Positions 1-6,635 are shown, counted from the first letter of the stretch. The stretch is 8,150 nt of DNA from Escherichia coli (GCF_048403405.1 NZ_CP183134.1); one strand, 5' to 3'. The notes: generated by a model not told the origin, from the sequence alone. A program made the numbers and translations.

Positions 1-653
1 TCTGTTTCGATACCGCGTGTTTCCATCGCACAGGCAGACTTTCCGAGGTGAATACCCGGCGTTTTCTCAAGCCCCTGTCGCTCGTATGAACGATGGTCTA
101 TCTCTTTCTGATAACCGGCGTTCGCCAGTGCCCTGTTTGCATGGTCAGCCCATGATGCACGCCACGTCTCGGCATGTGTCCGGTCGTTCCAGTCCCTGAC
201 CTTTCCGCCGAACCCCGCAGGTCCGACAGCCCTCGTGGTCAGCATAATGTGCGCATGGGGATTTGTTTTATCCATGTGATGGAACGCCACATCAGCAATC
301 ATGCCCTGACTGACAAAGTTTTCTCTGACAAAGGCGAGAACGGTTTCCCGTGCGGCATCCTGCGGCAGTTCGTGGGGGATGGCGAGTTCAATTTCCCGCG
401 CAAGTTGTGAGTTCTTCCGGCGTTCGGCCTTCTCAACGGCATTCCAGAGTTCGGCACGGTTCGTACACCAGGCAGGGGCTGTCGCGGGGGTCAGAATCAC
501 AGCCTCAGCCACACCGCTTTTGCGGGTGTAGTCGTGAGTCAGTCCGGTACGCTCATCAAGCATTAGTGAACCAGAACGATAGGCAGCAGAAGCAACGGCG
601 CTGTAGCCGTTGCTTCTGGAGATGATTTTCATACTGAGATGATAAATCGCCAT
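1..653 (-). CDS. mobA: MobA/MobL-family relaxase (MOBQ-like), 5' portion only (N-terminal ~217 codons); remainder lies before the window start
   Basis: Identical to 4075-4727, which is the 5' end of the full mobA at 2562-4727. ATG on minus strand at 651-653. Not in the ORF track because it runs off the window edge. Confidence 0.8.
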   Translation of the reverse strand, partial: MAIYHLSMKIISRSNGYSAVASAAYRSGSLMLDERTGLTHDYTRKSGVAEAVILTPATAPAWCTNRAELWNAVEKAERRKNSQLAREIELAIPHELPQDAARETVLAFVRENFVSQGMIADVAFHHMDKTNPHAHIMLTTRAVGPAGFGGKVRDWNDRTHAETWRASWADHANRALANAGYQKEIDHRSYERQGLEKTPGIHLGKSACAMETRGIET

Positions 654-831
654 TTCTGCCGTAATGCCTTTTTGCAGTTTTCTTTCAGCCCCGCAGGGCG
701 CACACAATCGAAACGGAGTGGAGATTGTATAAGTGCGCATTTCGTGATTTGCCGTGCATTATGCCAGCTCAGTTTTTAAACTACCAGTGACGCGCTAAAA
801 TGCGATTTTTCATCGCGCATGGAGTTACATC
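654..831. other. Putative oriT in the mobA-mobC divergent intergenic region (nic-like motif TAAGTGCGC at 730-738, inverted repeat ACAATC 704-709 / GATTGT 723-728)
   Basis: The motif gtATAAGTGCGCat resembles the MOBQ/RSF1010-type nic core (GTAAGTGCGCCCT as I recall it) and is immediately preceded by an inverted repeat. Position between divergent relaxase and accessory genes matches RSF1010-type organisation. Confidence 0.5.
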
Positions 832-1086
832 ATGAGCAGAACGCTCGAACAGAAGATTGCTGATGCTGAGGCGAGATTACAGCGCCTGAAGGCGAAGAGC
901 CGGAGCCTGGACACAGCGCAGAAGGTCATTGTGGGTGCAGCATTGCTGGCAAAGGTCAGAAAGCCGGAGGAAGTGCAGTTGCGAGCCTGGTTACTCCAGT
1001 TCCTGAAGGCAGAGGTGACACGGCAGGCTGATGTGACGCGAATACTGCCGCTGATTAACGAGCTGGAGGCGCTGCCAGAGCAGTGA
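832..1086 (+). CDS. mobC: MobC-like relaxosome accessory protein (84 aa)
   Basis: Complete ORF with ATG at 832 and GGAG Shine-Dalgarno at 821-824. Divergent from mobA across the putative oriT. The segment QKVIVGAALLAKVRKPEEVQLRAWLLQFL resembles RSF1010 MobC (RKVLVGAMILAKV...) from memory. Confidence 0.65.
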   Translation: MSRTLEQKIADAEARLQRLKAKSRSLDTAQKVIVGAALLAKVRKPEEVQLRAWLLQFLKAEVTRQADVTRILPLINELEALPEQ

Positions 1087-1095
1087 TTGTATCGT

Positions 1096-1155
1096 CCGCT
1101 CGCCGCAGCCCAGCGACCGAGCGTTAGCGAGCGAGTGGGCGAGGAAGCGGAAGTG
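1096..1155. other. ColE1/pMB1-like conserved segment, possible single-strand initiation / primosome assembly site
   Basis: ccgctcgccgcagcccagcgaccgagcgttagcgagcgagtgggcgaggaagcggaagtg is about 85% identical, by eye, to the pBR322/pUC segment ccgctcgccgcagccgaacgaccgagcgcagcgagtcagtgagcgaggaagcggaagag that lies next to the pMB1 DnaA box. Function is inferred, not shown. Confidence 0.35.
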
Positions 1156-1236
1156 AATCAGTCGCCATGTTGAGCACATACGCACGGTTTTTCGACAGGT
1201 GATATGCGCTGAACCCGCATGAATACTGGATTTCCA

Positions 1237-1281
1237 CAGGATTGGAGGGGGTGTATTCGGAATCTTCAATCCTGGTTTTTT
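1237..1281 (+). terminator. Hairpin followed by T6; candidate intrinsic terminator downstream of mobC, or a structured ori element
   Basis: 8-bp stem CAGGATTG (1237-1244) / CAATCCTG (1267-1274), 22-nt loop, then tttttt at 1276-1281. The loop is unusually long for a canonical terminator. Confidence 0.3.
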
Positions 1282-1325
1282 GCAAAACATTGTTTTTATT
1301 GGATTTTTATTTTCAGCACCCCAAG

Positions 1326-1334
1326 TTATCCACA
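1326..1334 (+). promoter_or_regulatory. DnaA box (TTATCCACA, perfect consensus)
   Basis: Exact 9-mer TTATCCACA, directly upstream of the AT-rich region and iterons. Confidence 0.6.
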
Positions 1335-1431
1335 GGCTCGCCGTTAAGTTTTTAAGATCTTATTTTTAGATCTTTTTTTTTAAAACCTTTTTAGGTCTTG
1401 TAACCACATGATTTTAAAGGTGTTCTGGCGA
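1335..1431. other. AT-rich region of the vegetative origin, with two GATC sites (1356-1359, 1369-1372)
   Basis: Long A/T runs (gttaagtttttaagatcttatttttagatctttttttttaaaacctttttagg) between the DnaA box and the iterons. Layout resembles pSC101-type origins. Confidence 0.5.
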
Positions 1432-1519
1432 GATAGGTGGAGCTTTTGGGGGTGATAGGTGGAGCTTTTGGGGGTGATAGGTGGAGCTTTTGGGGGTGAT
1501 AAGTGGAGCTTTTGGGGGT
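1432..1519 (+). repeat. Iterons: 4 tandem 22-bp direct repeats GATAGGTGGAGCTTTTGGGGGT (the fourth has one mismatch, GATAAGTGG)
   Basis: Perfect head-to-tail repeats at 1432-1453, 1454-1475, 1476-1497 and 1498-1519, immediately upstream of a Rep_3 initiator gene. Confidence 0.85.
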
Positions 1520-1540
1520 GTAATCCACAGAAAAAAGGGG

Positions 1541-1570
1541 TTGCAAAAAAAAAACTTCCACCAATATGAT
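1541..1570 (+). promoter_or_regulatory. Putative repA promoter (-35 TTGCAA 1541-1546, 18-bp spacer, -10 TATGAT 1565-1570)
   Basis: Sigma70-like hexamers about 49 nt upstream of the repA ATG. The -10 overlaps an iteron-like half-site GATAGGTGG at 1568-1576. Confidence 0.4.
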
Positions 1571-1598
1571 AGGTGGCGTACAGTAAAAAAACGCCACC
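1558..1598. promoter_or_regulatory. Inverted repeats carrying iteron half-sites; putative RepA autoregulatory operator
   Basis: CCACC (1558-1562) pairs with GGTGG (1572-1576), and GGTGGCG (1572-1578) pairs with CGCCACC (1592-1598). Both overlap or flank the putative -10. Iteron-family plasmids typically have such operators. Confidence 0.45.
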
Positions 1599-1618
1599 AA
1601 TAGCAACGAGCAAGCGAA

Positions 1619-2320
1619 ATGTCAGATCTGATAGCTTACAAATCAAACGCCCTTATCGAGGCAAGCTACAAGCTCACTTTGCAGGAACAGCGCTTCCTGC
1701 TGGTCTGTATCAGCCGCCTGAAATCCGGAGAAGATTCCCCTTCGCCGGATGAACAAAAAACCATGACCATCACGGCTGCAGAGTTTCATGATGCCTTTCC
1801 TGACATGGGACGGCAGCACGCTGAAGCTAGGCTCAAGGAAGCGATAGATCGCCTCTGGGACAGGTCAGTAATCATCAAGAACGAGGAAAAACGAGAAGAG
1901 TTCCGCTGGGTGCAGTACCGGGCGCAGTATTTCAAAGGTGAGGCGAAAGTAGAGATCACCTTCTCCGATGCCATCATGCCGTATCTGACACAGCTCAAGG
2001 GGCAGTTTACGCGGGTAGTCGTGAAGAACGTCTCCAGCCTCTCCAGCACCTACAGCATCCGCATTTACGAGCTGCTCCAGCAGTTCCGCAGCACCGGTGA
2101 CAGAACGATAGCTATCGATGATTTCCGAACCATGCTTGCCGTTGAAGATAAATATCAACAATTCAAAGACTTGAATAAGATGATAATCAAGCCAGCCATC
2201 GCCGAACTGAACGAAAAAAGCGATCTGGTTGTAACGGTTGAGACGATCAAAAAGGGGCGCACGGTTGTAGCCCTGCACTTTCGCTTCAAGGAAGACAAAC
2301 AGATCAAGATGACGATCTAG
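1619..2320 (+). CDS. repA: Rep_3-family iteron-binding replication initiator (233 aa)
   Basis: Complete ORF directly downstream of the iterons. N-terminus MSDLIAYKSNALIEASYKLTLQEQRFLLVCISRL and later segments (ITFSDAIMPYLTQLK, YSIRIYELLQQF) resemble pSC101/pPS10-type RepA as I recall them. Weak Shine-Dalgarno. Confidence 0.88.
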   Translation: MSDLIAYKSNALIEASYKLTLQEQRFLLVCISRLKSGEDSPSPDEQKTMTITAAEFHDAFPDMGRQHAEARLKEAIDRLWDRSVIIKNEEKREEFRWVQYRAQYFKGEAKVEITFSDAIMPYLTQLKGQFTRVVVKNVSSLSSTYSIRIYELLQQFRSTGDRTIAIDDFRTMLAVEDKYQQFKDLNKMIIKPAIAELNEKSDLVVTVETIKKGRTVVALHFRFKEDKQIKMTI

Positions 2321-2339
2321 AATCGATTTTAAGGCACCT

Positions 2340-2366
2340 AAAACGCTCACTGTCGCGTTTTTCTTG
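2340..2366 (+). terminator. Weak hairpin plus T-run downstream of repA
   Basis: AAAACGC (2340-2346) / GCGTTTT (2355-2361) with an 8-nt loop, followed by ttcttg. The stem is AT-rich, so this would be weak at best. Confidence 0.25.
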
Positions 2367-2427
2367 TGTCAGGAATGCGAAGGTACTATTGAAGTGAAAA
2401 GTTGCGTCAAAAACGCTCTGATGCAGC

Positions 2428-2454
2428 AAAAAAAGAACCCCCAATTTTTGGGGG
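2428..2454 (-). terminator. Rho-independent terminator for minus-strand (mobA) transcription
   Basis: GC-rich hairpin CCCCCAA-ttt-TTGGGGG (2438-2454). On the minus strand it is followed by a U-run (the A7 at 2428-2434 on plus). About 108 nt downstream of the mobA stop. Confidence 0.5.
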
Positions 2455-2561
2455 CGGAAAAACAAAACTATGTTTGCGCTATGTGAGTGTGCTTCTTGCA
2501 TTCATCCCTGTCGATGAACATCGACGAACATAACACGATGTTAAACAAAACAAAATATTGT

Positions 2562-4727
2562 TCACATTCCCTGTGACCAACCGCGATCAGGTCTCCTCTC
2601 GGTGGCGTGTGTTCGTGCATCTTCCTCGCGCCGCCATTCGTCCCAGGTACGATTGAAACCCAGCGAGCGGAACAGATGATCCGGCTGTTTTTCTGGTGTG
2701 TTGACGACAGCAAAAAGCGGTGCCTCACGGGTTTTCAGATGAAACTCCATAAGTTCCGGTGCAGGTGATATGTGGCTGTCTGCATCATGATTTACGGCAA
2801 CACCATACCCTGCATACCGTAACCCCTTATCGGTCAGTGCACTGATAACCAGCTGGCTGTTATCGGCTGAGGGAACGGCAAACGCGGGATACAGCGTACC
2901 ATTAAGCCGGACAACACCGCCCAGAGAGTCATCCACGCCCATGACCAGCAAAAGCTGAAGCTGGCGGGTTTCCCGGTCGACAGAACTCATGACCGGCATC
3001 AGCGTCGGTGGCAGACGTCCCTGCGTAAAATCCACCTTCCTTGCTGCCAGTGATGGCATGGCTGGCTGGCGGTCTTCTCCAAGACAGAAAGACTCCGGCC
3101 ATGTCTTCGGCTGGCGGAGATTGCGGGTATGTTGCGGCCATGTCTGGCAAACCTGCGTCAGAAGTTGCTCAAAGGTCGCAGAGGAATAAATACGTTGCAG
3201 TGGTGGATGTTGGCCGATTTCGCTTCGGTCACAGATATAACCACTCCTGTCACGTATTAAATCAACACTCTCAAAGATCCTGGTGCGGTATTTCTCCAGC
3301 TCGTTCCCCCAGAGCGTGTATTCTCCGTTCCGGTTGTGAAGCAGAAGGTAACAAGTCATTTCCCCGTTACCAGGCATGGGAGCCTCGCCATACCCCGTAA
3401 CGACTGCTCTCAGCACCCCTGAATCCATAACGGCATTGTCATTTTTCCTGAGCTGTTCCGCTCGTCGCTCCGCGCGACTACGTTCTGTATCCTCCAGCTC
3501 CTTCCGGCGTAATTCATCTTCACGTTTAAGCAACTGGGCTCTGAGAGCTGCAAGGCCGGATTCCCCCCACTGCTGCCACTGTTTTTCAAATGCCGTCTGA
3601 CTCGCGGGAATGTCCTGTTTCTCCACCTTCCGGTAATGCTGTCGCAATTTTTCCATTTGCTGGCTCAGAGACTGGATTTTTCCCTGCTCACTACGGTATT
3701 CCGGTGCAGCCCATTGCATCAGGGGAATACGGGAAAAACCGGACGAAAACGGCGATGATTTTTTCAGGCTGGCAGCATGGCTCATCGCTTCCTTTCGTTC
3801 GGTGTTCAGCTCTTCCCAGCGTCTGCGCGTCGCCTGCATATCTGCCATCATCGACATGGCGTTACTGGTGAGTTTCCATGCCGCGTTACTGTCCTTCGGC
3901 AACGCTTCGATGATGTCACGTAGTGTGTACGAAGTTGCGTTGTCAGGAAGCCCGATATTCAGAAGGTCAGCCACACGGCGGGCAGGCTCTGTCAGCCCGC
4001 TGTTCCTGAGTTCGGTGCGGGAAATCTGTATTTCCAGGTTAAGCCTGTTAATCAGACGATTCTGTTCGCCGCGTTCTGTTTCGATACCGCGTGTTTCCAT
4101 CGCACAGGCAGACTTTCCGAGGTGAATACCCGGCGTTTTCTCAAGCCCCTGTCGCTCGTATGAACGATGGTCTATCTCTTTCTGATAACCGGCGTTCGCC
4201 AGTGCCCTGTTTGCATGGTCAGCCCATGATGCACGCCACGTCTCGGCATGTGTCCGGTCGTTCCAGTCCCTGACCTTTCCGCCGAACCCCGCAGGTCCGA
4301 CAGCCCTCGTGGTCAGCATAATGTGCGCATGGGGATTTGTTTTATCCATGTGATGGAACGCCACATCAGCAATCATGCCCTGACTGACAAAGTTTTCTCT
4401 GACAAAGGCGAGAACGGTTTCCCGTGCGGCATCCTGCGGCAGTTCGTGGGGGATGGCGAGTTCAATTTCCCGCGCAAGTTGTGAGTTCTTCCGGCGTTCG
4501 GCCTTCTCAACGGCATTCCAGAGTTCGGCACGGTTCGTACACCAGGCAGGGGCTGTCGCGGGGGTCAGAATCACAGCCTCAGCCACACCGCTTTTGCGGG
4601 TGTAGTCGTGAGTCAGTCCGGTACGCTCATCAAGCATTAGTGAACCAGAACGATAGGCAGCAGAAGCAACGGCGCTGTAGCCGTTGCTTCTGGAGATGAT
4701 TTTCATACTGAGATGATAAATCGCCAT
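2562..4727 (-). CDS. mobA: MobA/MobL-family relaxase, MOBQ-like (721 aa from the MAIYHL start; the ORF track extends to an upstream ATG at 4814)
   Basis: N-terminal MAIYHLSMKIISRSNGYSAVASAAYRSG (Tyr at residue 25, as in RSF1010 MobA), histidine motif NPHAHIML, and WADHANRAL, IDHRSYERQG, GIHLGKS, METRGI all parallel RSF1010 MobA motifs. The upstream ATG at 4812-4814 overlaps the nic-like motif and has no Shine-Dalgarno. Confidence 0.85.
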   Translation of the reverse strand: MAIYHLSMKIISRSNGYSAVASAAYRSGSLMLDERTGLTHDYTRKSGVAEAVILTPATAPAWCTNRAELWNAVEKAERRKNSQLAREIELAIPHELPQDAARETVLAFVRENFVSQGMIADVAFHHMDKTNPHAHIMLTTRAVGPAGFGGKVRDWNDRTHAETWRASWADHANRALANAGYQKEIDHRSYERQGLEKTPGIHLGKSACAMETRGIETERGEQNRLINRLNLEIQISRTELRNSGLTEPARRVADLLNIGLPDNATSYTLRDIIEALPKDSNAAWKLTSNAMSMMADMQATRRRWEELNTERKEAMSHAASLKKSSPFSSGFSRIPLMQWAAPEYRSEQGKIQSLSQQMEKLRQHYRKVEKQDIPASQTAFEKQWQQWGESGLAALRAQLLKREDELRRKELEDTERSRAERRAEQLRKNDNAVMDSGVLRAVVTGYGEAPMPGNGEMTCYLLLHNRNGEYTLWGNELEKYRTRIFESVDLIRDRSGYICDRSEIGQHPPLQRIYSSATFEQLLTQVCQTWPQHTRNLRQPKTWPESFCLGEDRQPAMPSLAARKVDFTQGRLPPTLMPVMSSVDRETRQLQLLLVMGVDDSLGGVVRLNGTLYPAFAVPSADNSQLVISALTDKGLRYAGYGVAVNHDADSHISPAPELMEFHLKTREAPLFAVVNTPEKQPDHLFRSLGFNRTWDEWRREEDARTHATERRPDRGWSQGM

Positions 4728-4905
4728 TTCTGCCGTAATGCCTTTTTGCAGTTTTCTTTCAGCCCCGCAGGGCGCACACAATCGAAACGGAGTGGAGATT
4801 GTATAAGTGCGCATTTCGTGATTTGCCGTGCATTATGCCAGCTCAGTTTTTAAACTACCAGTGACGCGCTAAAATGCGATTTTTCATCGCGCATGGAGTT
4901 ACATC
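4728..4905. other. Putative oriT, copy 2 (nic-like motif at 4804-4812)
   Basis: Identical to 654-831. Confidence 0.5.
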
Positions 4906-5160
4906 ATGAGCAGAACGCTCGAACAGAAGATTGCTGATGCTGAGGCGAGATTACAGCGCCTGAAGGCGAAGAGCCGGAGCCTGGACACAGCGCAGAAGGT
5001 CATTGTGGGTGCAGCATTGCTGGCAAAGGTCAGAAAGCCGGAGGAAGTGCAGTTGCGAGCCTGGTTACTCCAGTTCCTGAAGGCAGAGGTGACACGGCAG
5101 GCTGATGTGACGCGAATACTGCCGCTGATTAACGAGCTGGAGGCGCTGCCAGAGCAGTGA
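4906..5160 (+). CDS. mobC: MobC-like relaxosome accessory protein, copy 2
   Basis: Identical to 832-1086. Confidence 0.65.
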   Translation: MSRTLEQKIADAEARLQRLKAKSRSLDTAQKVIVGAALLAKVRKPEEVQLRAWLLQFLKAEVTRQADVTRILPLINELEALPEQ

Positions 5161-5169
5161 TTGTATCGT

Positions 5170-5229
5170 CCGCTCGCCGCAGCCCAGCGACCGAGCGTTA
5201 GCGAGCGAGTGGGCGAGGAAGCGGAAGTG
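5170..5229. other. ColE1/pMB1-like conserved segment (possible primosome assembly site), copy 2
   Basis: Identical to 1096-1155. Confidence 0.35.
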
Positions 5230-5310
5230 AATCAGTCGCCATGTTGAGCACATACGCACGGTTTTTCGACAGGTGATATGCGCTGAACCCGCATGAATAC
5301 TGGATTTCCA

Positions 5311-5355
5311 CAGGATTGGAGGGGGTGTATTCGGAATCTTCAATCCTGGTTTTTT
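5311..5355 (+). terminator. Hairpin plus T6, copy 2
   Basis: Identical to 1237-1281. Confidence 0.3.
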
Positions 5356-5399
5356 GCAAAACATTGTTTTTATTGGATTTTTATTTTCAGCACCCCAAG

Positions 5400-5408
5400 T
5401 TATCCACA
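5400..5408 (+). promoter_or_regulatory. DnaA box TTATCCACA, copy 2
   Basis: Identical to 1326-1334. Confidence 0.6.
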
Positions 5409-5505
5409 GGCTCGCCGTTAAGTTTTTAAGATCTTATTTTTAGATCTTTTTTTTTAAAACCTTTTTAGGTCTTGTAACCACATGATTTTAAAGGTGTTCT
5501 GGCGA
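5409..5505. other. AT-rich origin region with two GATC sites, copy 2
   Basis: Identical to 1335-1431. Confidence 0.5.
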
Positions 5506-5593
5506 GATAGGTGGAGCTTTTGGGGGTGATAGGTGGAGCTTTTGGGGGTGATAGGTGGAGCTTTTGGGGGTGATAAGTGGAGCTTTTGGGGGT
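5506..5593 (+). repeat. Iterons, 4 x 22 bp, copy 2
   Basis: Identical to 1432-1519. Confidence 0.85.
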
Positions 5594-5614
5594 GTAATCC
5601 ACAGAAAAAAGGGG

Positions 5615-5644
5615 TTGCAAAAAAAAAACTTCCACCAATATGAT
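5615..5644 (+). promoter_or_regulatory. Putative repA promoter, copy 2
   Basis: Identical to 1541-1570. Confidence 0.4.
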
Positions 5645-5672
5645 AGGTGGCGTACAGTAAAAAAACGCCACC
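5632..5672. promoter_or_regulatory. Inverted-repeat operator, copy 2
   Basis: Identical to 1558-1598. Confidence 0.45.
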
Positions 5673-5692
5673 AATAGCAACGAGCAAGCGAA

Positions 5693-6394
5693 ATGTCAGA
5701 TCTGATAGCTTACAAATCAAACGCCCTTATCGAGGCAAGCTACAAGCTCACTTTGCAGGAACAGCGCTTCCTGCTGGTCTGTATCAGCCGCCTGAAATCC
5801 GGAGAAGATTCCCCTTCGCCGGATGAACAAAAAACCATGACCATCACGGCTGCAGAGTTTCATGATGCCTTTCCTGACATGGGACGGCAGCACGCTGAAG
5901 CTAGGCTCAAGGAAGCGATAGATCGCCTCTGGGACAGGTCAGTAATCATCAAGAACGAGGAAAAACGAGAAGAGTTCCGCTGGGTGCAGTACCGGGCGCA
6001 GTATTTCAAAGGTGAGGCGAAAGTAGAGATCACCTTCTCCGATGCCATCATGCCGTATCTGACACAGCTCAAGGGGCAGTTTACGCGGGTAGTCGTGAAG
6101 AACGTCTCCAGCCTCTCCAGCACCTACAGCATCCGCATTTACGAGCTGCTCCAGCAGTTCCGCAGCACCGGTGACAGAACGATAGCTATCGATGATTTCC
6201 GAACCATGCTTGCCGTTGAAGATAAATATCAACAATTCAAAGACTTGAATAAGATGATAATCAAGCCAGCCATCGCCGAACTGAACGAAAAAAGCGATCT
6301 GGTTGTAACGGTTGAGACGATCAAAAAGGGGCGCACGGTTGTAGCCCTGCACTTTCGCTTCAAGGAAGACAAACAGATCAAGATGACGATCTAG
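5693..6394 (+). CDS. repA: Rep_3-family replication initiator, copy 2
   Basis: Protein identical to 1619-2320. Confidence 0.88.
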   Translation: MSDLIAYKSNALIEASYKLTLQEQRFLLVCISRLKSGEDSPSPDEQKTMTITAAEFHDAFPDMGRQHAEARLKEAIDRLWDRSVIIKNEEKREEFRWVQYRAQYFKGEAKVEITFSDAIMPYLTQLKGQFTRVVVKNVSSLSSTYSIRIYELLQQFRSTGDRTIAIDDFRTMLAVEDKYQQFKDLNKMIIKPAIAELNEKSDLVVTVETIKKGRTVVALHFRFKEDKQIKMTI

Positions 6395-6413
6395 AATCGA
6401 TTTTAAGGCACCT

Positions 6414-6440
6414 AAAACGCTCACTGTCGCGTTTTTCTTG
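6414..6440 (+). terminator. Weak hairpin plus T-run downstream of repA, copy 2
   Basis: Identical to 2340-2366. Confidence 0.25.
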
Positions 6441-6501
6441 TGTCAGGAATGCGAAGGTACTATTGAAGTGAAAAGTTGCGTCAAAAACGCTCTGATGCAG
6501 C

Positions 6502-6528
6502 AAAAAAAGAACCCCCAATTTTTGGGGG
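6502..6528 (-). terminator. Rho-independent terminator for mobA, copy 2
   Basis: Identical to 2428-2454. Confidence 0.5.
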
Positions 6529-6635
6529 CGGAAAAACAAAACTATGTTTGCGCTATGTGAGTGTGCTTCTTGCATTCATCCCTGTCGATGAACATCGACG
6601 AACATAACACGATGTTAAACAAAACAAAATATTGT

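Larger units (their letters stand above)
1..4074. repeat. Tandem unit copy 1 of a 4074-bp direct repeat (plasmid-like replicon monomer)
   Basis: Sequence from 1 onward recurs from 4075 (tctgtttcgataccgcg...). Every ORF in the track has an identical-protein twin at +4074. Spot checks of non-coding stretches (iterons, ori) also match. Confidence 0.9.

Noticed and set aside
17-625. Plus-strand ORFs 17-199, 174-410 and 350-625 (and their twins at 4091-4699), antisense to the mobA 5' region
   Set aside because: They lie entirely inside the well-supported mobA on the opposite strand, have no recognisable motifs or ribosome binding sites, and are typical antisense ORFs of a GC-rich gene.
991-1290. 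Minus-strand ORF 991-1290 (99 aa)
   Set aside because: It overlaps the mobC 3' end and the conserved non-coding ColE1-like segment and hairpin, so it is more parsimoniously non-coding.
1380-1431. Possible IHF site in the AT-rich region, as in pSC101
   Set aside because: I could not find a convincing match to the WATCAANNNNTTR consensus by eye, so it is not reported as a feature.
1432-1519. 22-bp direct repeats as a possible CRISPR array
   Set aside because: The repeats are contiguous with no spacers, only four copies, and sit directly upstream of a Rep_3 initiator. They are iterons.
1380-1646. Minus-strand ORFs 1380-1646 and 1391-1606 (twins at 5454-5720)
   Set aside because: They read through the iterons, the AT-rich origin and the repA promoter. 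The repetitive translation (PQKLHLS repeated) is the signature of translating tandem DNA repeats.
1786-2350. Minus-strand ORFs 1786-2049 and 1865-2350, antisense to repA (twins in copy 2)
   Set aside because: Fully contained in the repA coding region on the opposite strand, with no independent support.
2304-2728. Minus-strand ORFs 2304-2501 and 2468-2728
   Set aside because: They span the repA-mobA intergenic terminators and overlap the mobA 3' end out of frame. No support.
2929-4125. ORFs 2929-3150 (minus, out of frame), 2989-3189, 3041-3400, 3376-3600, 3590-3871 and 3802-4125 (plus) within mobA, and their copy-2 twins
   Set aside because: All are nested in mobA with low-complexity Ser/Arg/Pro-rich translations. 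I found no mobB-like membrane protein signature that would justify an overlapping gene as in RSF1010.
4728-4814. Upstream ATG (4812-4814) giving a 750-aa MobA beginning MRTYTISTPF
   Set aside because: The extension overlaps the nic-like motif and inverted repeat and has no Shine-Dalgarno. The conserved relaxase N-terminus begins at MAIYHL (ATG at 4725-4727).
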